A DNA stretch of 64,000 nucleotides from an uncultured Planctomycetota bacterium (GCA_963737655.1 CAVTTN010000002.1:1760001-1824000); one strand, 5' to 3'. Shown: positions 19,737 to 32,343, counted from the stretch's first letter. Translations and numbers: made by a program. Notes: generated by a model not told the origin, from the sequence alone.

Positions 19737-22638
19737 TTAAGGGGCCGAGCCCGGCCGAAGGCCCAGGAGGGCCGTGATCCGCTCGCGGGCCCCGTCGAAG
19801 GCCGGATCGTTGGCGAAGTGGTGATCGAATCGGCCGGGCTCGGCCCGGGAGGCGTGGCCGAAGGACTCGGCCGCGCGCTCGATCAGCCCCTCGGGACCGC
19901 CATAGGAGGCGGAGGCGGCCAGGGACCGGGACAGGACGTAATCGGAGTCGGCGACCAGGGGGGAATTGGGCTTCAGGATGAGGCGGGCCCGCGGCCCCGG
20001 CCTCCGCGGCGCGAACGGCCTCCGTCGGGAGCCGGGAACGCAGCCGGGCCGCCGCCAGATAGTGGTAGGCGCGAATGGCCCGGGCGTCGGCTCGGAGGAG
20101 TTCCTCGAACCTGGCGTGGTCGATCAGTGCGGCCATCTCGTTGGCTCCCTCGTTCCTCCTCAGGGAGTAGAGCAGCAGGGCCCGATCGAACCGGGCGGGG
20201 AGGTGCTCGGGGTCGGCGTCCAGGGCCCGGTCATACTCGGCCAGGGCGGCGTCGGGTCGGCCGGAGCGATGGAGCAGGGTGGCGATCAGCGAGTGGGCCT
20301 GGGCGTCGTCCGGGGCGGGGTCCGGAGCGTCGTCGGGCGAGGGCAGCGCGGCCCCATCCAGGGAGGAGCTCGCGAAGCCGAGTTCCCAGGCCGAGGCCCG
20401 CCCTTCGGCCCGGGAGAGCCGGGAAAACCGCCGGGAGTCCGCCTCGGCGGCCTCGGGTTGGCCCATGCGGATGTGAGCCAGGGCGCGATTGCGGTAGGCG
20501 TCGCGGAGGTCGGGGTCGATCTCCAGGGCCCGATCGCACTCGGCCAGGGCCGCCTCGACCCGCCCCAGGGCGAGCAGGCACCCGGCCCTCTGCACCTTCA
20601 GGGCCGGGTTCCTCGGTCTCCTCGTCTCGCACTGGGCGAGGAATTCGGCGGCCGAGGCGAACTCGGAGAGGCGGAACGCCGAGGCCGAGGCGCGAAGGAG
20701 GGTCCAGAACGATCCGGGGCGCTCGGCCAGAGCCTGCCGAAACAGGGCGAGGGCGTCCGAGGCATGCTCGGTCTCGGCTTCCAGGCCCAGCGCGTGTAGT
20801 TCCAGCCACCGGGGCGGCGGCCCCCCGGTCGAGGGCGGCGGGGGGGCCTCTCCCAGTCTCTCGCGGAGGGTCCGGCGCCTCTCCCGCCACGGGGCCAGGC
20901 TAGCCCACCGGGGGGACGCCTCCAGGACGGCCAGGGCCCGGCGGACGTCCTCCGGCGAGTCGCGGCGATCGGCCAGGGCCGAGCTCAGTCTCCAGGCGGC
21001 CTCCATCAGCCAGGTTTCTAGGTCGTCCCGGTCCTCGGGACGGAGGCTCCGGACATCGTCCCGCGATCGCCAGTCCTCGGGGCCCAGGACCGCGAACAGC
21101 TCCAGGTGGGCCCGGGCCGTCGCCGCCGGGTCGTCGAGCGGTTCGGCCCTCCACTGGCCGACTCGCCTCATCCGGAAGATCGTCGGGTCGCCGCTGTCCC
21201 AGAGCGAGGCGAGTTTGGCCTCGGCCGCCGCCCTGTGCGACTGGTGGAGGGCGGAGGAGGCGACGGCCGAAGCCAGGACGGCGATCCCGGCCACGGCCGC
21301 GAAGGCCGCGGCCGGGGCCTTGCGGCGGCGGAGCCACCGGCCGAGCCTCATCGCCGGCCAGAGGGGGTCGTCGGCCACTTCCGGAGCGCGGTCGGCCCTC
21401 CAGAGATCCAGGTCCCGGGCCAGGTCGCCCATCCTCGCGTAGCGGTCCCGGGGGTCGGGGGCGAGGCAGCGGTCGAGGATCGGGCGGAGTCCGACGGGCA
21501 CGCCCCGGGAGGCCGACCACCAGGACGGGTCCAGGGCGCCTCGGCCCTCGAACAGGACTCGGGCGATCGATCGGGGCGAGCCTCTCTGGGAGTCGGGCAC
21601 CTCGGGCCTCCGGCCGGTCAGGGCTTCGCGGAGGACCAGGCCGAGCGAGTAGAGGTCGGCCCGGGGGCGGTCCTCGGGCCGGACGGCCGAGGGCTTCCCC
21701 TCGGCCCGGGCCCGGAGCCGTTCCGGGGCCATGTAGGCGAGCGTCCCGCCGGGGTCCGTCGAGCCGCCGGCCCGGCGGTCGGCCGAGAGGTTGAAGTCCA
21801 GGAGCATGGGGCGGCCGTCGGCGGCGATCAGGACATTGGCGGGCTTCAGGTCGCCGTGGGTCACGCCCAGGCGCTCGGCGTGGTCGAGGGCCTCGGCCAG
21901 CCGGGCGATCAGCCAGGCCACGGCCCGGGGACCGTCGGACGAGGCGATCCGCTCTCGGGCCGGGCCCGGGGCCGTCGGAAGGAATTCGGGGGCCGCGACG
22001 CGATCCAGGGCCTCCAGGAACCCCCGGCCGGTCCGCCGCGATCGCGCGCCGATCCGGTCCTGTTCGGCCAGGACGTCGGCCCAGGTCGCCCCGCCCTGGA
22101 ACGGGAAGGCGATCAGGTGGAGCCCGCCGTCGTCGGTCGTCGCCTGGCGGAGGACTTCCACGATATGGGGGTGGCGGGCCCGGGCCAGGAGCCGGGCCTC
22201 GGGAGACGGCCGGGGCGAGAGCTTCAGGACCACCAGGCGGTCTTCCAGGTCCGCCTGTTCGGCCAGGAAGACGCGGGCCAGGCCGCCCCGGCCCAGTTCC
22301 CGGAGCAAGCGGTACGGGCCGATCTCGTCGCCGGCCGAGGGGGGCTCGACCGGCCCGGGGGCCGGGCCGTCCAGGAGCGAATCCGGCCCCTCGGAGGTCG
22401 GCGCCAGGAGCCGGCCGAGGATCTCGGTCAGCTCGGGGAATCGCCCGAGGTAGTCGTCCGGGTCGGGGTCGAGTCCTCCGGCGTCAGCCAGGAGGAATTC
22501 CTGGTAGACCAGGGCGGCCAGGTCGTTCGGATCGGCCGCGCCGAGCCTCTCGGCGAATTCCTCGGCCTTCGGGCGCTCGCCCCGGGCCCATCGGTCGGCG
22601 AATTCGTCGAGGCAGTCGTCCAGGGGGTCGGAGGTCAT
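19737..22638 (-). CDS. Ser/Thr protein kinase with TM and C-terminal TPRs; frameshift near 19995
   Basis: GRGGLARV, HGDLKPAN, DFNL, YMAPE, DLYSLG; TPR-like ALEIDPD, ALDADPE; shifted frame ends at TAA 19737. Confidence 0.85.
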
Positions 22639-23225
22639 CGCTTGCCCCCCTCGTCCAGGCGCTTCCTCGCGGCCTCCAGGACCCGGCGGACGGTCCACTC
22701 CCGGAGCCCCAGCCTCTGGGCGACTTCCTCGACGGTCAGCCCCTGGCGGCGGAGGGCCACGATCGCCGCTTGCCTCGGGTCGGGCCCGGCGCTCAGGCGA
22801 TCGAAGCACTCCTCGGCCTGGGCCTCCTGGCTGGGGGAGGGGTCGGGCGAGGGGAGGTCGCGGGGGGCGTCCGACCCGCCCCGGCGGACGTACAGCGGTT
22901 CCTCTCGACCCAGATCGAACTTGCGGGTCCGTGTCCTCCTGCGGAACTCTTCCAGGACCTTGTTCCGGGCCATCCCGGCGAGGTAGCGGCGGAACTGGGC
23001 GACCGTGCGGAACTCGTCCGGGTCGGGGCCTCCGGCCAGGAGGCTGCCCCAGACGTCCTGGACGAAGTCCATCGAGTCGTACCGGGCCCGAAGCACCCGC
23101 GGGAGACGGCCCCGGACGGCCGAGCGGACGTCGGCCTCGAACGCCGAGAGCAGGAGGGCCTGCGCCTCGGCGTTGCCGGCTCGGGCCCGGTCCATCATCC
23201 CGGCGAATTCGGCGTCATCCATCAT
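22635..23225 (-). CDS. ECF RNA polymerase sigma factor
   Basis: DFVQDVW...YLAGMARNKV, C-terminal HTH GLTVEEVAQRLG; 4-bp overlap with the kinase gene. Confidence 0.88.
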   Translation of the reverse strand: MMDDAEFAGMMDRARAGNAEAQALLLSAFEADVRSAVRGRLPRVLRARYDSMDFVQDVWGSLLAGGPDPDEFRTVAQFRRYLAGMARNKVLEEFRRRTRTRKFDLGREEPLYVRRGGSDAPRDLPSPDPSPSQEAQAEECFDRLSAGPDPRQAAIVALRRQGLTVEEVAQRLGLREWTVRRVLEAARKRLDEGGKR

Positions 23226-23561
23226 CACGGACCCCTCCATCGTCGAGGGACCGACCCGCCTTACTCGTGTCAGCCTACGGGTCGCGACGGATTATTATAA
23301 CGGCACTCCCGGTCCAAAGGCAGGGAGCTTCCGCGGAATTGGCCCCGAAAAGCGGAGTGCTCGGAAGATCCGGCGAGATTCTTTCCGGATTTCGCGCCGG
23401 TCCCTCGCGCCGATTGCAACCGGGAGGGTGCCGCCCGCCTCCGAGAGGGGGGAGGGACGGCGAGGAGGAGCCTTCCGCCGACCCACGGACGGGGCGACCG
23501 GACGACGGCCGACCGGGCGAGAGGTTTCGCCTGTCTCGGCCTTCTGGATTGGGAGCCACCG

Positions 23562-24464
23562 ATGATCCGCCCCTGGATGGCGAGCCGAGAGGCCGCCGGC
23601 ACGCTTGATCCCTACCTCCGCTCGATCCGCGCCGACTCCCTGTTGACGGCCGAGGAGGAGCGCGAACTGGCCGCCGCGATCGCCCGAGGGGATCGCGAGG
23701 CGACGGCCCGGATGATCCGGGCCAACCTCCGCCTGGTTGTGCGGATCGCCCGCGAATACCTCGGCCGGGGGCTGCCCCTGGATGACCTCGTGGGCGAGGG
23801 GAACCTCGGGCTGATCCGGGCGGTCCGCGACTACGATCCGGCCTTCGGCACCCGCTTCAGCACCTATGCGGCCCACTGGATTCGCCAGGCGATCCGCCAG
23901 GCCCTGCTGACGACGGCCGAGACGATCCGCTTGCCCGCGCACATGGTCGGCCTCCTGACCCGATGGCGGCGGGCCGAGCGCTCCCTGAGGCGGGACCTGG
24001 GCCGCGAGCCCTCGGCCCGGGAGATCGCCGACGCCCTGGAGCTGTCCGAGGCCCAGAGGGGGATGGTCGAGCAAGCGTTGCGGGCCCGCCGCCTGAGGCT
24101 CGACGGCGACCGGCCCGGCGGCTCGGATTCGTCTTCGTTCGACGAGGCGGCCGTCGCCCCGATCGCCGCCATCGACGCCCGCCCCTCCCCCGAGGAGCAG
24201 GCGGAGACCTCCGAGGCGATCGCCCAGGTCCTCCGCCGGCTCGATCGGCTCGACGGCCGGGAACGGACGGTCGTCTCCCTGAGGTTCGGCCTGGACGGCC
24301 ACGAGCCGATGACCTTGAAGGAGGTCGGCCGCCGCCTCGGGGTCACTCGGGAGTGGGTCCGCAAGATCGAGGTCCGGGCCGTCCGCAAGCTCGACGACGC
24401 CCCGGCCGCCCCGCCGCCCCCCGCGATGGCCCGCCTCCGCCGCCGGGCCGTGTCGGTTGGCTGA
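23562..24464 (+). CDS. Sigma-70 family RpoD/RpoS-like sigma factor lacking region 1.1
   Basis: LLTAEEE, ANLRLVV, GTRFSTYAAHWIRQAI, TIRLPAHM, MTLKEVG...TREWVRKIE. Confidence 0.92.
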   Translation: MIRPWMASREAAGTLDPYLRSIRADSLLTAEEERELAAAIARGDREATARMIRANLRLVVRIAREYLGRGLPLDDLVGEGNLGLIRAVRDYDPAFGTRFSTYAAHWIRQAIRQALLTTAETIRLPAHMVGLLTRWRRAERSLRRDLGREPSAREIADALELSEAQRGMVEQALRARRLRLDGDRPGGSDSSSFDEAAVAPIAAIDARPSPEEQAETSEAIAQVLRRLDRLDGRERTVVSLRFGLDGHEPMTLKEVGRRLGVTREWVRKIEVRAVRKLDDAPAAPPPPAMARLRRRAVSVG

Positions 24465-24491
24465 GTCGGAGGCTTCGGTCGGGACCGGCGG

Positions 24492-24833
24492 TCACGACTC
24501 GCGGCCCCCGGGCACGATCTGAGCGGCCGTCCCGTAGCAAAGGACCTCGGTGACTCCGGGGGCGATCTCGGTGGCGTCGTAGCGGACCGCCAGGATCGCG
24601 TTGGCCCCGAGCTCCTCGGCGTGGCGGATCATGAGGTCATACGCCTCCGACCGGGTCCTCTCGCACAGGGCCGTGTAAACCGAGATGTTGCCGCCGAAGA
24701 GCATCTGGATCGCCGCCGCGAAGTTGCCGACGACGCTCCGGGATCGGACCACGATCCCCCGGACGACGCCCAGGGTCTTGGCGACCCGAGTCCCGGGGAT
24801 TTCGAACGTGCCGACGACGAGATTGTGATCCAC
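24492..24833 (-). CDS. ybjQ: YbjQ / UPF0145 family protein
   Basis: LGVVRGIVVRSR...FGG...LGANAILAVRYD...EVLCYGTA. Confidence 0.85.
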   Translation of the reverse strand: MDHNLVVGTFEIPGTRVAKTLGVVRGIVVRSRSVVGNFAAAIQMLFGGNISVYTALCERTRSEAYDLMIRHAEELGANAILAVRYDATEIAPGVTEVLCYGTAAQIVPGGRES

Positions 24834-24967
24834 GGCCGCTCTCCGGACGCTGTCTGAACGCTCGGGCCCGCCGAGGGGCCTCGTCGAAGGGGATTCGCGT
24901 CCCGGGGGCCGTCCTTGGAGGCGACCTCGGGATTGACCCGGGCCGGAGCCGGTCCTAGCCTGGAGCC

Positions 24968-25753
24968 ATGAACGGCCCGCCCTCACCCTCCCGCCGCGAT
25001 TTCGTCCGGGTCGCCGGCTCGGCGGTCCTCGTCCCCGCTCTGGCCCGGGGATCGCCCTCCGAGTCGGCCGTGGCGCGGTTTTTCCGGTCGCTCCGGGCCG
25101 ATCAAAGGGCCGAACTCGCCTTCCCGGCCGATCATCCGCTGAGGTCTCGGGCCTCGAATCACTGGGCGGTCGCCCGGCCGACCGTCGCCGAGCTTTCGGC
25201 CGATCAGAAGGCTCTCTGCGGGCGGATCGTCCGCGAACTCCTGACCGAAGACGGGCACCGCCGGCTCCTCCGGGTCATGGACGACGACGGAGGCGGGTTC
25301 GACCGCTACCACCCGGCCGTTTTCGGCGATCCGGACTCCCCCGGCGCGTTCCAGTGGGTCCTGACCGGCCGTCACGTGACCATCCGCGCCGACGGCCGAT
25401 CGGCCGAGGCCACGGTCCCGAGCGGCCCTCTGTTCCTCGGACATTCCCAACCGGGCGAACGGAACGTCTGGGCGGCCCTGGGCGATCGGGCGAAACGGGC
25501 CCTGGGTGCGCCGGAGGTCGGCCCGGCGAGGATCGCCGATCTCCTCCGAGCGTTGATCGGCCCATTCCGCGCCTTCGCCATGCCGGAGGTCGGCGCCGGC
25601 CTGGACGCTCCCGACAAGCTCCGGCTCACGGGTTATCGGCAAGGGGGCGCCTGGACGCTCGAAGGACCGGGCTTTTCCTGGTACTTCCACGACTCGCCGC
25701 ACGTTCATGGCTGGCTCGTGGTGGGCGATCCGGCCCGTCCGGGGGCCGGTTAG
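24968..25753 (+). CDS. Tat-exported DUF3500-like protein
   Basis: SRRDFV Tat motif, AVFGDP...FQWVLTGRHVTIRADG, LEGPGFSWYF..SPHVH. Confidence 0.65.
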   Translation: MNGPPSPSRRDFVRVAGSAVLVPALARGSPSESAVARFFRSLRADQRAELAFPADHPLRSRASNHWAVARPTVAELSADQKALCGRIVRELLTEDGHRRLLRVMDDDGGGFDRYHPAVFGDPDSPGAFQWVLTGRHVTIRADGRSAEATVPSGPLFLGHSQPGERNVWAALGDRAKRALGAPEVGPARIADLLRALIGPFRAFAMPEVGAGLDAPDKLRLTGYRQGGAWTLEGPGFSWYFHDSPHVHGWLVVGDPARPGAG

Positions 25754-25821
25754 GGCCGGACGGCATCGCGGTTGCACAAAAAAACGGGATTGTGGGCTGG
25801 CCCGATCGATGGGAGGTTCTG

Positions 25822-26166
25822 ATGCGATTCCGTCACCCGATTTCGACGTCCGCCGGGCTGCTCCTCGCCTCGGTGGTGGTCCTGGGCGTCTCGGCCTCGT
25901 CGGCCCGAGCCCAGTTCCCGGTCTTCTACGGAGGCCAGGTCCTCACCCCATTCGGCAACCGAGGGAGCGACGGCTCGTATCGCTACCCCTCGACGACACG
26001 CTCTTACGGGGCCCCGAGGGGCTATTCCCGGGTCGTCCCGGCGTCTCGCACCTACTACGCCCCCCAGAGGATGTACTACCAGCCGCAACGGATGTACTAC
26101 ACCCCCTATCCGGGGCAGGCTCCGTACGCGACCCCTGGCAGGGCCATCTACGGCTATCGCCGTTGA
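25822..26166 (+). CDS. Small secreted Tyr/Pro/Gly-rich protein
   Basis: GGAGG RBS, signal peptide ending ARA-Q, YYxPQRM repeats. Confidence 0.65.
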   Translation: MRFRHPISTSAGLLLASVVVLGVSASSARAQFPVFYGGQVLTPFGNRGSDGSYRYPSTTRSYGAPRGYSRVVPASRTYYAPQRMYYQPQRMYYTPYPGQAPYATPGRAIYGYRR

Positions 26167-26199
26167 TCCGTCGAAATGCATCCCATGGGCTGGGAGGCG

Positions 26200-27057
26200 T
26201 TATCGTCCGCCCGCGGTTCCGGGCCCGATGATCACGACCCGGGATTGCCAGCGGCGGCGGACTCCGTCTCGCACTTCCTCTCCTGAGGATTCCTGGACGA
26301 TCGGGCCGCCGGGGCCCTGGGGAAGGGGCGGCATGGCCCCCATCGGCCCCATCATTCCCTGGAAAAATCGCTCTTGCTCCCGGAGGCGGGCCTGGAAGGC
26401 CGGGTCCATCCCCATCGGGCCGGCGCTGGCTCGGATGGCTTGCTCCATCCTCCGGTGGTTTTCCATCATTCGGGCCTGGGCCTCGCGGAACATCTGTTCG
26501 TGGCGTTCCTGAGCCTGGCGGAGGAATTCCTGCTGCCTCTGCCTCATCTGGGCCATCTGGGCGGGATTCGGCCTCGCTCGGACGCCCCGAGACGGCGGAG
26601 GAACGGGGGTCCGGGCGAGGGCCTCGTCGGCCTCCTCCTTCAATTTCTCGGCCTCGGCGAGGTCGGCCTTCTTCTTCTCGGCCTCCCGGCGGATGTCGTC
26701 CCAGGTCCCGGGATCGTCCTCGGCGGCGGGGGCAGGCGGATCGGCGGCCTTGGGGTCGCTTGGCTTCGCCTCCGGAGTCGGCGTCGGGGCGATCGTCGGG
26801 GCCTCGTCCGAGGGCCTGGGATCGGTCGGTCCGTCGGCGCGGGCGAACAGGGATTCGATCCGTCCCCGGGCCTCCTGGCCGAGCCCCCGCCAGTCGGATG
26901 ACGCGGCGCGGATCGCCATCACGACCAGGGCCAGAGCCAGGACCGCCGAGGCGAGCAGAATCCCCCGACGGACCCGGACCGGACGGCTCGCGACGAACAG
27001 GATCGGCTCCGGGGCCGTCTCCTCGGATTGGACCTCATTCACGGTCGTCCCCTCCAC
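26200..27057 (-). CDS. Membrane-anchored coiled-coil hypothetical protein
   Basis: One N-terminal TM, Pro-rich linker, Q/M/E/R-rich helical region. Confidence 0.65.
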   Translation of the reverse strand: MEGTTVNEVQSEETAPEPILFVASRPVRVRRGILLASAVLALALVVMAIRAASSDWRGLGQEARGRIESLFARADGPTDPRPSDEAPTIAPTPTPEAKPSDPKAADPPAPAAEDDPGTWDDIRREAEKKKADLAEAEKLKEEADEALARTPVPPPSRGVRARPNPAQMAQMRQRQQEFLRQAQERHEQMFREAQARMMENHRRMEQAIRASAGPMGMDPAFQARLREQERFFQGMMGPMGAMPPLPQGPGGPIVQESSGEEVRDGVRRRWQSRVVIIGPGTAGGR

Positions 27058-27258
27058 CAGATCCCCGGGCCGGCGCTCGTCCTTTTCGGATCGACGTCGG
27101 GGCCTTCCTATTTATTCGACCCGGTCGGCCGTCCTTCGGCAACCCATCTCTCCGCCTGGCTCGACCCGGAGGCGACAAAGCCGGAAGGTCGGGGTAAGAT
27201 TTTCGTCTCGGATGGACTGCCTCGCCTCGCCTTGCCGGTCGCCCCGGAGCCCCTCGCC

Positions 27259-28371
27259 GTGAATGACGCCTGGATCGCCGATCGGATGCGGCACATCGAC
27301 GCCTCGGGCATCCGCAAGGCGTTCGACATGGCCCGGTCCATGATCGACCCGATCAACCTCTCCATCGGCCTGCCCGATTTCGACGTGCCCGAAGAGGCCA
27401 AGGAGGCCGCCATCGCCGCCATCCGGGGCGGCTTCAACGCCTATACGCAAACCCAGGGCACGCCCGAGCTCCGCGGGAAGCTCCAGGCCGGGGTCGATGC
27501 CGAGTTCGGCCACGAGGACCGCCAGGTCCTGGTCACGTCGGGGTCGTCCGGGGCGTTGCTCCTGGCGATCTCCTGCGTGGTCGATCCGGGGGACGAGGTT
27601 ATCCTGTTCGACCCTTATTTCGTGATGTACCGCCACCTCGTCACGCTGGCCGGCGGCACCTCGGTGATCCTCGACACCTACCCCGACTTCCGGGTCGATC
27701 CGGCGAAGGTCGAGGCCGCGATCACGCCGAAGACGAAGGTCGTCCTCGTCAATTCCCCGGGCAACCCGACGGGCGTGGTCGCCTCGGGCGAGGAGATGAG
27801 GGCGCTGGCCGAACTCTGCCGGCGCCGAAACGTCCTGCTGATCAGCGACGAGGTCTATCGAACATTCTGTTACGACGAGCCGTTCACGTCCCCGGCCAGC
27901 TTCAACCCCGACGTCCTGGTGGCCGACGGCTTCAGCAAGTCCCACGCGATGACCGGCTGGAGGCTCGGCTACGCCCACGGCCCCTCGAAGCTGATCCAGG
28001 AGATGGCCAAGCTCCAGCAATTCAGCTTCGTCTGCGCCCCGAGCATCGCCCAGAAGGCCGGTGTCGCTGCCCTCGATGCCGACATGACCGCCCACGCGAG
28101 GAATTACCAGCGGAAGAGGGACGCGGTCGTGAGCGCACTTTCGGGCCTTTATGAGCTGGTCGTCCCCAGGGGGGCATTTTACGCCTTCCCCAAGGCCCCG
28201 TGGGGCACGGCGACCGAGTTCGTGGCCGAGGCGATCCGGAGGAACCTGCTCCTGATTCCCGGCAGCGTCTTCAGCCGCCGCGACACCCACTTCCGTATCT
28301 CTTACGCAGTCGATGACCGGACTCTGGAGAGGGGGCTGGGGGTCCTCCGCGAGATGGCCGGTCGCTCGTGA
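27259..28371 (+). CDS. PLP-dependent aminotransferase class I/II
   Basis: INLSIGLPDF, NSPGNPTG, ISDEVY, GFSKSHAMTGWRLGY. Confidence 0.92.
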   Translation: MNDAWIADRMRHIDASGIRKAFDMARSMIDPINLSIGLPDFDVPEEAKEAAIAAIRGGFNAYTQTQGTPELRGKLQAGVDAEFGHEDRQVLVTSGSSGALLLAISCVVDPGDEVILFDPYFVMYRHLVTLAGGTSVILDTYPDFRVDPAKVEAAITPKTKVVLVNSPGNPTGVVASGEEMRALAELCRRRNVLLISDEVYRTFCYDEPFTSPASFNPDVLVADGFSKSHAMTGWRLGYAHGPSKLIQEMAKLQQFSFVCAPSIAQKAGVAALDADMTAHARNYQRKRDAVVSALSGLYELVVPRGAFYAFPKAPWGTATEFVAEAIRRNLLLIPGSVFSRRDTHFRISYAVDDRTLERGLGVLREMAGRS

Positions 28372-28377
28372 CCGCGA

Positions 28378-29074
28378 TCAGGCATGCCGCCCCATCCCGG
28401 CGAGCCGGGCGATGAACTCGGCGTGCTCGGGCGAGGCCAGGCCGCGATCGAGGGCGGCGTAGACTTCCTCCAGATCGCCGCGAATCATGGCCCCGGCGTC
28501 GAGCCAGAGACCGGGGAAGACCCTGGACCGGAAGAGGCCGTCCGGGTCCGGCGGGTGAGCGACGAATCGGCCATCGCCGCGCAAGAACCAGAGGATCTCC
28601 GCGGGATCGATCCCCACGAAAAGATACTCGGGGACGCCGGCCCGCTCGTAGTCGTGCTTTTTCCCCACCAGATCGAGTCGGCGGCTGGTCTTACCGACCT
28701 CAACGACCAGCTCCGGAGGGCCCATGATGAAACCATCGACGAACCGAGTGAGCCCGCCGAGCTCGGCGGGGATCAGGAGCAGGCCGTCCGGTTGGGGCTC
28801 TCCGTAATCCCCGAGCTGAATCGTCGCGTTCAGGGCGCGCAGGACGCCGGGGGTAAACCTTTTGTAGTGGCCAAGCCAGTCGGAGACGTCCCCGTCGCGA
28901 AGCCCATGTTCGTAACCCAGAGGCGACGGCATGACGACGACCCCTCCGACGAGCCTCGGCCCGGGTCCCCGAGGGCATCGCCTGATAGCGATCGTGAAAG
29001 GTCCGGCGGTCGAGCCTCTGGCCATCGACCAGGGGCGGAGGCGCCGTGGTTCGGGGGCGATCGACGGTGCTCAT
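28378..29074 (-). CDS. Uma2 family (PD-(D/E)XK) endonuclease, frameshift near 28960
   Basis: MSTVDRP..RAE|LVGGVVVMPSP, EPQPD, PELVVEV, YERAGVPEY, FPGLWLD. Confidence 0.85.
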
Positions 29075-29763
29075 GGCCGGAGCCTCCCCAGCCGGGCGAC
29101 GAACTCGGCGTGCTCGGGCGAGGCCAGGCCGCGGTCCAGGGTGAAGAAGAGTCCGTTCAGGTCGCGTGAGAGCAGGGAGGCCGGGTCGAGCCAAAGCCCG
29201 GGGAAGGATTCCGATCGATACAGGCCGTCCGCTCCGGGAGGCACGCGGACGAGCCGGCCTTCCCGCCGGACGTGCCAGAACAAGTCGTTGGGATCGCCCA
29301 CCGCCACCACGTATTCCAGGACGCCCGTGAGCTCGTACTCGCGGAGCTTTCTTCCGAGGTCTTTCGACCGGGTGGAGACGGCGACCTCCAGGACCAACTC
29401 GGGTGCGCCACCGAGGAACTTCCCCTCGACCCGGGCCTGGCCGCCGCACTCGGGCTTGATCCTCAGGAGGGCGTCGGGCTGGACCTCGTTCTTCGGGTCC
29501 AGGATCGTCGTGAGGTTCGCGTTCGTCTCGACCCCGGGCGTGAACCGCTCGTAATGCAGCAGCCAGCCGACGGCCGCGTCGTTCTTCCGAGCGTGTTCCA
29601 GGCTGACCGGCGATGGCATGAGGAAGACGATCCCTCCGACGAGCTCGGCCCGAGTCCCCGGCGGCATCGCCTCATACCGCTCGTGGAACGTGGGCTGGTC
29701 CAGCCTCTGGCCATCGACCAGGGGCGGGAGGGCCGTCGTCCGGGGGCGATCGACGGTGCTCAT
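29071..29763 (-). CDS. Uma2 family endonuclease
   Basis: RAELVGG, EVQPD, APELVLEVA, GVLEY, FPGLWLD. Confidence 0.9.
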   Translation of the reverse strand: MSTVDRPRTTALPPLVDGQRLDQPTFHERYEAMPPGTRAELVGGIVFLMPSPVSLEHARKNDAAVGWLLHYERFTPGVETNANLTTILDPKNEVQPDALLRIKPECGGQARVEGKFLGGAPELVLEVAVSTRSKDLGRKLREYELTGVLEYVVAVGDPNDLFWHVRREGRLVRVPPGADGLYRSESFPGLWLDPASLLSRDLNGLFFTLDRGLASPEHAEFVARLGRLRP

Positions 29764-29791
29764 CGGGGGCGTCTCCTTCCCCGGAGAGGGT

Positions 29792-31150
<1,359 letters not shown>

Positions 31151-31716
31151 GCCAGGTCCTTTCGTCGCTCGGAACCGAGAGCCGCCCGGCCATCGCCGCG
31201 CGGCCGGAGGCCGGATTCGCCGAAGATCGGCGAAGGTCGCGATCGGGAGACGGTCGGGAGGGGATCGACGCGGCCCGCCGCGTCGGCAGGGGAAGGGACC
31301 ATCCGAACGGCCGAGGCCGACCAGGCGCCCGCCGGGTCCATCCGGGAGGAGATCGCCACCGCCGTCGATCCACCCGCCGACCCATCGCCCGGGGCTATGG
31401 CGTCGACCGCCCATCAACCGACCCATTTTAGAGCACGATCCCGGCCAGTGCAAGGTCGGCGGACGCTTTGCGACGGGCCCTCGCCCCGACCCTGGGGCGA
31501 TCCGGGCCCGATCGTCACGACCGGCGAAGGCCCGGATGCGGGCCCGCCGGCCGGACCCTCCCGATCCGCGAAGGCGGGCCGATCCCAGGAACTTTGGCGG
31601 CCACGGTTTGGCACCGCCGATCCCGGGCGGGTATAATGAGATCGACGCGCGCCCCGATCGCCCGTTCCCCGTCCTTCCCCAACTCTGGTCTCGTCTCGAT
31701 CGCGGGAGATGCCCCG

Positions 31717-32301
31717 ATGTCGATCCTCGGCAAGGTCCTGGTCGTCCTCGTGACGTTGTTGCTACTGGTCTGGATCTATTTCGCGGCGATGGTCGCCGAG
31801 CGGAATGCCAATTGGGGCAAGAAGATCCAGGAATTGGAAAAGAGCGTTTCGGACGTCCAGGCCCAGATCCCGGACGTCATCGCCGACATCAACCGACTGC
31901 GAAGTGAGGCGATCGTCGAGCAGGTCCGGGCGGAGAAGCTCCGCGAGACCTTCCGCGCCGAACTCGCCGCGGTCCAGAGGCTGGAGAGCCAGTCGAAGGA
32001 AGAGCTCGTCCGGCTCCAGCTGGAAGTGGCCAGCGTCGAGGCGCAGGTCGAGAGCGCCACGGCCCGGGTCCAGTCCCGGACCCAGGAGAAAAACGACCTC
32101 CTGAAGGAGAGGCGGATGGAGGAAGGGCGGGTGGCCGAGCTCAAGGACGAGAACACGCGGCTCCGCGGCGAGCTGAAGGGCATGCAGGATCAGTTCCTGG
32201 GCACGATGGACGACAACCGGAAGATGGCCCAGAAGCTCCTGAACCGGCCCTCCACGGCCAACGCCCCCCGAACCCGGCTGGGCAGCCTGATCGCTCGCTG
32301 A
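31717..32301 (+). CDS. Membrane-anchored coiled-coil protein
   Basis: [14 protein letters not shown] followed by a long heptad-rich region; GGGAG upstream. Confidence 0.75.
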   Translation: MSILGKVLVVLVTLLLLVWIYFAAMVAERNANWGKKIQELEKSVSDVQAQIPDVIADINRLRSEAIVEQVRAEKLRETFRAELAAVQRLESQSKEELVRLQLEVASVEAQVESATARVQSRTQEKNDLLKERRMEEGRVAELKDENTRLRGELKGMQDQFLGTMDDNRKMAQKLLNRPSTANAPRTRLGSLIAR

Positions 32302-32343
32302 CCGCCCGTTTGGCCGGCCCCTCCGATCGATCCGCAGAGGAAA

